64,000 nt of DNA from an uncultured Gammaproteobacteria bacterium (GTDB lineage Bacteria > Pseudomonadota > Gammaproteobacteria > DRLM01). The stretch spans positions 1,312,001 to 1,376,000 of the forward strand of contig CAVSNY010000007.1 in the NCBI GenBank assembly GCA_963729605.1. Direction: 5' to 3'. Positions 51,659 through 60,647 of this stretch are shown piece by piece. The number at the start of each line of letters is the position of its first letter. The first letter of the stretch is position 1. The notes beneath the pieces were generated by a model. It saw only the letters and a list, made by a program, of their open reading frames with translations, did no database searches and had not been told where the DNA came from. The translations under genes and the position numbers were made by a program.

Positions 51659-54600
51659 ATGAAGCTGATCCACAACACCGGCGCAGACCGAGTCATCGAT
51701 CTGATCCGGCCGCATCTCAAACGTGGCAATCAGCTCGATTGCGTGACGCCCTCGTTTTCTCTCTATGCCTTCGCTGAAATGCGCGAAGCGCTGTCAGTCC
51801 TTGATCGGGTCCAACTGATCTTGTCACCCGACGAAGAGGTGCTCGAGTTCCTCGGCGCGGAGGGCGACCGCGCCGCACGTAATCGCTTGCAGGCGCGTTG
51901 GTTGGCCAATCAATGTGCGAAGTGGATAGCTGGGAAGGTGGATCTTCGGCGGGCGCTGGGGCCGGTGCCACAAGGTGCTGTGGTTATGCGCAAGCCCGAC
52001 GCTACGCCTGAGCAAGTGGTACTAGGATCGCTCGCGTTCAGCACTGCCGGCCTTGGGCTAACGCCGGGTAACCCATTGAGCCTGATTCAGGCATCTGAAT
52101 CCGCCGACGAGGCAGTCCAACTCGCCCGGTGGTTCGATCAACAGTGGGCGAGCCTGCAAGGGCAGTCTGGGGAATCAACTAGCGGCCGCGACGCACTGAT
52201 CAAAGCCTTGCAGGCCATTGGCGAGCACCGCGATCCGTTCACCGTCTACACACTGATGTTGCATCACCTGTTTCGTGATCGCGGTGACGAAATGGACGAG
52301 GAGCGGATCGTCAAGTCGGCCACCGGCATCCGCAACACCGTGGTCTGGAAGAAGCTCTTCAAGTTCCAGCGCGACGGCGTGGTCGGCGCCATCGACAAGC
52401 TCGAACCGCTTCGGCGGCTGCATCATCGCCGACAGCGTCGGCCTCGGTAAGACCTTCGAGGCGCTGGCGATCATCAAGTACCACGAGCTGCGCAACGACC
52501 GCGTGCTCGTGCTGTGCCCAAGCGCCTGCGCGACAACTGGACGCTCTACAAGGCCAACGACCGCCGCAACATCCTCGCGCCCGACCGCTTCAACTACGAC
52601 GTCCTGAACCACACCGACCTGTCGCGCGACGGCGGCATGTCCGGCGACATCGACCTCGTCGCACGTCAACTGGGGCAACTACGACCTCGTCGTCATCGAC
52701 GAGTCGCACAACTTCCGCAACAAGAAGACGCCGCAGGCGGGCAGCGAGACGCGCTACGACCGCCTGATGCGCAAGATCATCAAGGAAGGCGTCAAGACCC
52801 GCGTCCTGATGCTGTCGGCCACGCCGGTCAACAACCGCCTGGCCGACCTGCGCAACCAGATCGCCTTCGCCACCGAGGGCGACGACACCGCGCTTGCTCG
52901 AGCACGGCATCGCCAGCATCGACAGCACCACGCGCCTCGCGCAGAAGCAGTTCAACCGCTGGCTCGACCTCGACGACGCCGAGCGCACGCCCGTCGCGGC
53001 TGATCGAGATGCTGGGCTTCGACTACTTCACGCTGCTCGACCTGCTCACCATCGCCCGCTCGCGCAAGCACATCGAGAAGTACTACGGCACCGCCGAGAC
53101 CGGCCGCTTCCCGGACCGGCTGAAGCCGATCAACATCAAGGCCGACGTCGACCGCGCCGGCGAGTTCCGCGTCCATCCGCGACATCAACCACGAGATCCG
53201 CCGCCTCAACCTCGCCGCCTACGCGCCGCTGCGCTACGTGCTGCCGCACAAGCAGGCCGCCTACGACGCGAAGTACAGCACCGAGATTCGCGGCGGCGAG
53301 GGCTTCTTCCGCCAGGTGGACCGCGAGGAGAGCCTGATCCACCTGCTGCGCGTCAACGTGCTCAAGCGCATGGAAAGCGCGGTGCCGTCGTTCGCGCTCA
53401 CCGTGCGAGCGCCAGCTCGCGCGACGTGGAGGCCACGCTGGCGCAGCATCGAAGCGCACGCCGAGGAGCTGTGAGGAGATCGACATCGAGGACGTGGACA
53501 TCGACGATCCGGCCTTCGAGAGCCTGCTCGTCGGGCGCAAGGTCAAGGTGCTGCTGAAGGACGTCGACCTGATCCGCTGGAAGCAGGACCTGATCGAGGA
53601 CCGCAACCGGCTGGCCACACTGCTGGCGGCGGCGCGACAGGTGGATGCCGCCCGCGACGCCAAGCTCGCCGCGCTGCGCGAGATGATCGAGCGACAAGTG
53701 CCGCAACCCGATCAACCCCGGCAACCGCAAGGTCATCGTCTTCACCGCCTTCGCGGACACCGCCCGCTACCTCTACGACGCAGCTCGCCCCGTGGGCCAA
53801 GGCGACGCTCGGCATCGACGCGGCGCTGGTCACCGGCACGGGCCGCAACCAGACCACGCTGCCCGGCCTGCGCAAAGACCTGGCATCGATCCTCACCGCG
53901 TTCGCGCCGCGCTCGAAGGAGCGCCCCGAGGACCTCGCCGGCGAGGGCGAGATCGATCTGCTCATCGCCACCGACTGCATCTCCGAGGGCCAGAACCTCC
54001 AGGACTGCGACTGGCTGATCAACTACGACATCCACTGGAACCCGGTGCGCATCATCCAGCGCTTCGGCCGCATCGACCGCATCGGCTCGCCCAACGAGCG
54101 CATCCAGCTCGTCAACTTCTGGCCCAACATGGAGCTGGAGGAGTACATCAACCTGGAGCAGCGGGTCAGCGGCCGCATGGTGCTGCTCGACATCTCCGCC
54201 ACCGGCGAGGAGAACCTGATCGAGCAGCAGTCCGGCAACCAGATGAACGACCTGGAGTACCGCCGCAAGCAGCTGCTCAAGCTCCAGGACGCGGTCATCG
54301 ACCTGGAGGACCTTTCCACCGGCGTCTCCATCGCCGACCTGACGCTCACCGACTTCCGCATCGACCTGGCGCAGTACCTCAAGGCGCACCCGGCGTGCTC
54401 GAGAGCCTGCCGCTCGGCACCTGCGCCGTCACCACCACGACCGAGGCCGACATTGCCGCCGGGCATCATCTTCTGCCTGCGCGCCGAGGGCGACGGCCGC
54501 CAAGCGCAGCGCCGAGACCGGGCTATCCGCTTGGCGCCGCATTACCTCGTGCATGTCGGGCGACGACGGCGCGGTGCTGCTGCCCTACACGCAGGCCAAG

Positions 54601-54887
54601 CAGATCCTCGACCGCCTCAAGCGCCTCTGCGCTCGGGCGCGACCTGCCCGACGCCGGTGCCTGCGCCCGCTTCGACAAGGCGACCAGGCAGGGCGAGGAC
54701 ATGCGCGCACGCCCAGAAGCTGCTCGCCGCCGCCGTGGCCTCGGTCGTCGGCAAGAGCGAGGAGCGCGCCGTGGCCAGCCTGTTCACGCCCGGCGGCACC
54801 CACGCGATGAAGGGCGAGTTCGCGGGCATCAACGACTTCGAGGTGGTGGCGTTTCTGGTCATCCTGCCGGAGAGCGAGACGCCATGA
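51659..54887 (+). CDS. SNF2-family helicase with degenerate PLD-like N-terminus; many single-base frameshifts at 52.4-54.75 kb
   Basis: Collinear motifs across frames: ADSVGLGKT, VIDESHNFRN, LSATPVNN, ATDCISEGQNLQ, NYDIHWNPVRIIQRFGRIDRIG; ATGA overlap with the next gene. Confidence 0.85.
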
Positions 54888-55721
54888 CGGCCATCCCCTC
54901 ATCAACCCTTTCGGCGCAAACCCTAATCCACGCCTTGCGCTTGCCCGAGGGTTGCCGCGTGGATCAGCGCGTGCCCAAGAAGCTGCTGCTGGAGAATGGT
55001 GCGCCCACGGCGGCAGATAAGCGCCTGATCAAGGATGGCATCGAAGAGCTGCAATGGGTGGCGGCACTCAAGCCCACCACCATCGGCGTGCCCGACTACC
55101 GCGACGACGCTGCGCGAGTACCTGGAGATCGCCGTGCTGGCAGTGACTTTGCGGGGTGTCGTTAAACCCGCAAGTCACTCGCGCCTCGCCGAGCTGGTGC
55201 ACCGAGCCGTGCCCTATCCGGTGCTGTTGCTGCTGATTGAGGGGCAAGCGCTGACCCTGTCGCTGGCCCACAAGCGCTGGGCACAGAACGAGGCTGGCAA
55301 AGTGGTGCTCGACGGCAGCTTAGTATCGGTGACAGTGTCGGCTTCGCTGTCCGAGATCAATGCGACGGATCCGTCGAACCCTGATCCCGCGGCAGTTGCT
55401 GAAGCCGATCGTTCCTTTATCCAGTCCCTGTCAGTCACGCGCCAACCCCAGGCCACGCTGCACGCACTCTATCAAGGCTGGATGGAGTGCGTGCAGTCCT
55501 TGCTGGCCGCCCGGCTGACGGGAAGCTACCGAATCTCGTCAACGCCGGAACAGGCAGCGGCGCGCCGACAAGCCCTGGCCGATTGCGAACGGTGTGAGGC
55601 CGAGATCAACCGCCTGCGGGCGCAAGCAGCGAAAGAAAAACAATTGGCACGTCAGGTGGAACTGAACTTGATGCTCAAGCGGATGCAGGCCGAACTGGCT
55701 GTCGCGAGGGAAAAGCTGTGA
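54884..55721 (+). CDS. DUF4391 domain protein (one +1 frameshift near 55109)
   Basis: VDQRVPKKLL, REYLEIAVL, LVHRAVPYP.LL, C-terminal KEKQ.ARQVELN; length is 3n+1. Confidence 0.8.
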
Positions 55722-55759
55722 ACCGTTGGCGGCAACGTCATGTTCCTCCGTTGCCCGTC

Positions 55760-55788
55760 TTGTCGGGCTGCCAACAATTACCTATACT
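55760..55788 (+). promoter_or_regulatory. Internal sigma70 promoter for ncRNA-abiF
   Basis: TTGTCG(55760)-17 nt-TATACT(55783). Confidence 0.65.
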
Positions 55789-55794
55789 AGCTTG

Positions 55795-55858
55795 CAATAC
55801 ACCCGCCAAGCCTATGGCTGCCTCGGCAGACACGCTCAAATCGTGCGGGTTTTTTATT
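55795..55858 (+). ncRNA. Putative abiF-type antitoxin/leader RNA
   Basis: Closing stem ACCCGC(55801)/GCGGGT(55845) followed by a T-run; internal hairpins AGCC-TAT-GGCT, CTGC-CTCG-GCAG and CACG-CTCAAAT-CGTG; lies between a promoter and an Abi_2 gene. Confidence 0.65.
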
Positions 55859-55881
55859 GCCTGCAGGAAGCGGGGGGTGGC

Positions 55882-56877
55882 ATGAAGCCATTCACCAAGC
55901 CCGCCATCACCGTCGCTGAACAAGTGGCACTCCTCAAGGCCCGTGGCCTGTCAATCCGCGATGAAGCACGAGCCGCACACTTTCTCGAAGCGGTCAGTTT
56001 CTTTCGGCTCACACCCTACATGCGGCCCTTTCAGGTTGCTGGCAACGCCGACCACGTTTTTCTGTCCGGCACCGGCTTTCGCCAGCTCAGCCAGTTGTAC
56101 GACTTCGATCGCCGTCTGCGGTTGCTGGTGATCGATGCCATAGAACGGGTAGAAGTAGCGGCGAGAGCCGCCATCTCCAACCATATGGGGCCAGCGCACG
56201 GCGCTCACTGGTATCTACAGCGTAACTTGTTCAAAAACCGCTATAACCACGCTCGCTTGTTGAGCACTATCGAGAGCGCCCAACAGAAAGCCTTGCAGGA
56301 TTACCAGCGCGAAGTGGCTCGCATCGACCGGCTTACACACGCCGACGAGGCGCGTAAAACCGCGTTAAGGCAGCGCCGTGCCCAAGAGAGCTATGCCCGC
56401 CACTATGCCCTGACCTACAACCAGCCTGCTCTGATGCCCGGCTGGGCGATGCTGGAAGAGCTGACAATAGGTGAGTTGTCGCACCTGTACCGAGCCCTTG
56501 CCAAAGACAGTGACCGCAAAGCCATCGGCCAGCCGCTGGCCGCGCCGGCGCCCTTGCTGGATTCCTGGTTCCACACCTTAACGGTGGTGCGCAACATCTG
56601 CGCCCACCATGCCCGGCTGTGGAACCGCGAACTGGGTATCAAGCCCGAGCAGCCCAAACAGGCAAACTTTTCCTGGCCCGGCTACTTGCGCCGAAGCGAC
56701 CAACACACCCGCATTGCCGTGGTGCTGGCGATGCTGCACCACCTGATGCAGCAGGTCAGCCCGCATACCCGCTGGCACCAGCGCCTGGCCGACTTGCTGA
56801 ACGAATACCCCGAAATACCCAAACCGGCGATGGGCTTGCCGGATAAGTGGCAATCAGACATTTTTTGGCAGAACTGA
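55882..56877 (+). CDS. abiF: Abi_2 (AbiD/AbiF-like) HEPN RNase
   Basis: KP...EQ..LL..RGL, LY.FDR.LR....AIE..EV..R, P.W...E....G.LS..Y, HEPN RNICAH(H).RLWNR; true start is the ATG at 55882. Confidence 0.88.
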   Translation: MKPFTKPAITVAEQVALLKARGLSIRDEARAAHFLEAVSFFRLTPYMRPFQVAGNADHVFLSGTGFRQLSQLYDFDRRLRLLVIDAIERVEVAARAAISNHMGPAHGAHWYLQRNLFKNRYNHARLLSTIESAQQKALQDYQREVARIDRLTHADEARKTALRQRRAQESYARHYALTYNQPALMPGWAMLEELTIGELSHLYRALAKDSDRKAIGQPLAAPAPLLDSWFHTLTVVRNICAHHARLWNRELGIKPEQPKQANFSWPGYLRRSDQHTRIAVVLAMLHHLMQQVSPHTRWHQRLADLLNEYPEIPKPAMGLPDKWQSDIFWQN

Positions 56878-56890
56878 CCAAGGATTCACC

Positions 56891-58807
56891 ATGAAGAAAA
56901 TCGACATCCACAGCCCCGAGGCCCAGTCCGCCGATCTGGTGGCGGGCAACATCGACCAGCTCAAGGCCCTGTTCCCGGACCTCATTACTGAAGGCCCGAA
57001 CGGCACGGCGGTGAACGTGGATGTGCTCAAGGCCCTGGTGGGTGACCAGACCGTCACCGATGCCGACGAGAAATACGGCCTCAACTGGCACGGCAAGCGC
57101 CGCGCGCGGCAATTGGCGCTGACACCGAGTACCGGCACTCTGCGGCCCTGCCCGGGCGAGAGCGTTGATTGGGAAACCACCCAGAACCTGATGATCGAGG
57201 GCGACAACCTCGAAGTCCTCAAGCTGTTGCAGAAAAGCTATGCCGGCGAGGTCAAGCTCATCTATATCGATCCGCCGTACAACACCGGCAAGGACTTTGT
57301 GTACCCGGACAACTTCCAGGACAACATCAAGAACTATCTGGAACTGACCGGGCAGGTGGAGGGCGGACAGAAGATCAGCAGCAATACCGAAGCCAGCGGT
57401 CGGTTTCATACGGACTGGTTGAACATGATGTATCCAAGGTTGAAGCTAGCGAGGAATCTTCTTCGGGATGACGGGGTTATCTTTGTTAGTATTGACGACA
57501 ATGAAGTAACGAACTTGCGCAGTGTGCTTGATGATTTATTCGGGCCGGAAAACTTTGTTGCCAATGTCATCTGGCAGAAGAAATACAGCACGAAAGCAGA
57601 TTCTAAGGATTTTTCGGAATCACATGACTTCTTGGTGTGCTATCGAAAAGGCGGCACTGCCCAGATTCAAGGTTTGCCCCGAAGTGATGCTCAAGAGGCC
57701 ACATATAAAAACCCAGACAATGATCCTCGCGGTCCCTGGGCATCTGACAATCTATTGCGTACTGAGGTTAGAGAGTACGCAATCTTCGGTGTTATGGCAC
57801 CGAATGGACAAGAACACTGGCCACCTGAGGGAAGTAGTTGGCGCTTTAACAAGGAGAGAATGGCAGAACTCATTACTGACAATCGCATCTGGTTTGGCGA
57901 AGCGGGAAATAGCAAACCCCGGCTGAAGCGATTTCGCTCTGAAGTCCGAGATTCGATTCCACCACAGACAATTTGGACATTCGATCAAGTAGGCCATACT
58001 GACGAGGGCACTAAACAGCTGGCAGAGTTGTTTGGCAGTACGCGTTCTCCGTTTCCTAATCCGAAACCAACTCGGCTGCTTCAGCGTGTCGTTCAAATAG
58101 GTTCAAACAATAGTGATATTGTTTTGGACTTTTTTGCTGGTAGTGGAACGACCGGACAGGCTGTATGGGCGCAAAACGTTGCCGATGGTGCAAGCCGGCG
58201 TTTCCTAGCGGTACAGCTACCGGAGCCGTTGAGCGATGGAAATAAAGAAGATCAGTCGGTCATTCACTATTGTGACCAACTTGGCAAACCCCGCACCATT
58301 GCCGAACTTACCAAAGAACGTCTACGCCGCGCCGCCGCCAAGGTCAAGGCCGACAATCCGCTGTTTGCCGGCGACACCGGCTTCCGCGTCTTCAAGCTCG
58401 ACCACTCCAATATCCGCGCCTGGAATCCCAACCCGGCGGATCTGGAAGCTTCGCTGTTCGACCACCAGGATCATTTGCTCGCAGGCCGCTCTGAGGCTGA
58501 CGTGCTCTACGAGCTGTTGCTCAAGCTCGGCCTTGACCTGTGCGTGCTCATCGAGCAGCGCACCGTCGCGGGCAGTGACGTGCATGCCGTGGGTGGCGGC
58601 GTGCTGATGGCCTGCCTAGCCGAGCAGATTACCCGCGAGCAGGTGGAGCCGCTGGCCCAAGGTATTATCGACTGGCACCAGGAACTGGCGCCCGCCGGTG
58701 ACACCACTTGCGTGTTCCGCGATAGCGCCTTCGCTGACGACGTCGCCAAGACCAACCTCGCCGCCACTCTGGAGCAACACGGCATCCAGAACGTGAGAAG
58801 CTTGTAG
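56891..58807 (+). CDS. mod: Type III R-M methyltransferase Mod (beta class)
   Basis: IEGDNLEVLKLL, IYIDPPYNTG, PKP..LL, LDFFAGSGTT. Confidence 0.93.
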   Translation: MKKIDIHSPEAQSADLVAGNIDQLKALFPDLITEGPNGTAVNVDVLKALVGDQTVTDADEKYGLNWHGKRRARQLALTPSTGTLRPCPGESVDWETTQNLMIEGDNLEVLKLLQKSYAGEVKLIYIDPPYNTGKDFVYPDNFQDNIKNYLELTGQVEGGQKISSNTEASGRFHTDWLNMMYPRLKLARNLLRDDGVIFVSIDDNEVTNLRSVLDDLFGPENFVANVIWQKKYSTKADSKDFSESHDFLVCYRKGGTAQIQGLPRSDAQEATYKNPDNDPRGPWASDNLLRTEVREYAIFGVMAPNGQEHWPPEGSSWRFNKERMAELITDNRIWFGEAGNSKPRLKRFRSEVRDSIPPQTIWTFDQVGHTDEGTKQLAELFGSTRSPFPNPKPTRLLQRVVQIGSNNSDIVLDFFAGSGTTGQAVWAQNVADGASRRFLAVQLPEPLSDGNKEDQSVIHYCDQLGKPRTIAELTKERLRRAAAKVKADNPLFAGDTGFRVFKLDHSNIRAWNPNPADLEASLFDHQDHLLAGRSEADVLYELLLKLGLDLCVLIEQRTVAGSDVHAVGGGVLMACLAEQITREQVEPLAQGIIDWHQELAPAGDTTCVFRDSAFADDVAKTNLAATLEQHGIQNVRSL

Positions 58808-58809
58808 TG

Positions 58810-60543
58810 ATGGATCAAGCTGCGCTCATTGCCAAGGTGGATCAGTTGCGTAGTCAAGGGCGCGAAGCCAATACGATTGAGTTCAAGTCCAACTGGAACC
58901 AACCCCAGGAAATTGGCGAGTACCTGTCGGCCATGGCTAATGCGGCGGTATTGGCTCGGCATGATCAAGCGTGGATGCTATGGGGCATCGACGACTCGAC
59001 ACATAGAGTCAATGGCACGACATTCGATCCTTTCAAACAAAAGGCTGAAGGCAATCAATCGCTGATTATGTGGCTCACGCAGAAAACCTCGCCCAAGCCG
59101 GATTTTGATTTTTATGAGGTTTCGCATCCTGAGGGGCGCGTAGTTCTGCTGGAAATAAAAGCCCCGCGCACAGCGCCTTTGGCATTTTCAGGTGAGCGCT
59201 ATATTCGCATTGATAGCCATAAAACCAGGTTGAATCAACATTCGGATAAAGAGCAACGCATCTGGGAATTGCTGGGGCAAAAGACTGATTGGTCTGGAGA
59301 GGTCGTTGCAGAGGCCGTGATAGACGATCTCGACTCGCTGGCAATCGATGCTGCGCGCAAGCGGTTTACCGAATACCTGTTGAAAGCCCAACCTGATAGT
59401 GCCAGGCATGAGCAAATTCGTGCAGAGGCCAATGCTTGGGATATTGTGACGCTGTTAAACAAAGCTCGGATCACCAAAGCCGGGAAAATCACGCGATCTG
59501 CTTTGTTGCTGTTAGGCAAGGATGAGTCAGCTCATTACCTGTCACCCATAGATGCAAAATTGAGCTGGATCTTGCGGGATACCTCCAATAACACAAAGTC
59601 ATCGCACCATTTCGGCATGCCATTGCTGCTGTCTACCGAGAAGGTCTTTGCCAGCATTCGCAATCTGTCGATAGAACATATGCCCGATGGCACGCTGTTC
59701 CCGACGGCAATCCAATCCTATGACCCCTGGGTGATCCGAGAAGCGCTACATAACTGCGTAGCGCATCAGGATTACCGACTCGGCGGCAAGGTGAACATAG
59801 TCGAACATCCCGACAAGCTGGTGTTTACCAATCTGGGGCAGTTCATTCCTCCCAGCGTTGAGTGGATGCTCGAACATCAGTCGCCCCCGGAGCATTACCG
59901 CAACCAATGGTTGATTGAGGGCATGATTCGCCTGCGCATGATTGACCAGGTCGGCAGCGGTATTCGCCGCATGTTCCAGACACAGCGTGACCGCTTTTTT
60001 CCCTTACCTGATTTTGTTTTCGACAACGCTGAAGCGGGGCACCCGCGCGTTGAAGTCATCATTCCTGGGCAGATTCTGGACGTGAAGTACACCCAGATGC
60101 TGATCAAACGGTCTGATCTTACGTTGCGTCAGGTCTTGCTGCTTGATCGGGTTCAGAAGAAAAGACCTTTGTCTGCTGGCGAGGCGCGCGAGCTTAAATC
60201 ACTTAAGTTGATTGAAGGGCGCTCACCGAACTTCTTTGTTTCTTCCAGGGTTGCTGAGTGGACAGGCCAGAAAGCCAGTTATATCCGTAATCGTGGACTG
60301 GACAGTGGTTTCTACCGGGAGCTGGTCGTTGACTACCTCAGGAAATATCAAAAGGCCACTCGCAAGGAGCTGGACGATTTGCTGCTGGGCAAGCTTCCCG
60401 AGGTGCTGGATGCCGAGCAGAAGGCCCATAAGGTTCGCAACCTGTTACAAGCCATGCGCCGGGATGGGCTGATTCACCGGATTGGCCCCAAGGCAACGGG
60501 GGCCTGGGGTTTAGGCCCTGACCCTGGGGACGATCAAAGCTAG
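58810..60543 (+). CDS. Schlafen/AlbA_2 domain + RecG-C-like ATPase + HTH protein
   Basis: E...IEFKS, SAMAN, WGIDD (AlbA_2); IREALHNC.AH.DY, YRN..L, GSGI (HATPase_c_4-like); C-terminal winged-helix-like segment. Confidence 0.8.
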   Translation: MDQAALIAKVDQLRSQGREANTIEFKSNWNQPQEIGEYLSAMANAAVLARHDQAWMLWGIDDSTHRVNGTTFDPFKQKAEGNQSLIMWLTQKTSPKPDFDFYEVSHPEGRVVLLEIKAPRTAPLAFSGERYIRIDSHKTRLNQHSDKEQRIWELLGQKTDWSGEVVAEAVIDDLDSLAIDAARKRFTEYLLKAQPDSARHEQIRAEANAWDIVTLLNKARITKAGKITRSALLLLGKDESAHYLSPIDAKLSWILRDTSNNTKSSHHFGMPLLLSTEKVFASIRNLSIEHMPDGTLFPTAIQSYDPWVIREALHNCVAHQDYRLGGKVNIVEHPDKLVFTNLGQFIPPSVEWMLEHQSPPEHYRNQWLIEGMIRLRMIDQVGSGIRRMFQTQRDRFFPLPDFVFDNAEAGHPRVEVIIPGQILDVKYTQMLIKRSDLTLRQVLLLDRVQKKRPLSAGEARELKSLKLIEGRSPNFFVSSRVAEWTGQKASYIRNRGLDSGFYRELVVDYLRKYQKATRKELDDLLLGKLPEVLDAEQKAHKVRNLLQAMRRDGLIHRIGPKATGAWGLGPDPGDDQS

Positions 60544-60647
60544 GAGCGAAGGAATTAGCATTCAACTAGCAAAGGAAAGACAATAACTTTTTGAATGTAT
60601 TCATTAATTTTTGTTAGCTAACGCTAAATTCTAGATATGGATCAGCT

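Noticed and set aside
52400-54750. Programmed frameshifting or several separate small genes in the SNF2 region
   Set aside because: Too many shifts, no slippery heptamers noticed, and the helicase motifs are collinear as one gene.
55726-55881. N-terminal extension of the Abi ORF; CRISPR-like array upstream of a HEPN gene
   Set aside because: Family similarity starts at the ATG at 55882. The region holds a promoter and a single structured unit, with no repeat-spacer periodicity.
56891-58807. Phase-variable mod (phasevarion)
   Set aside because: No simple-sequence repeat tract in or before the gene.
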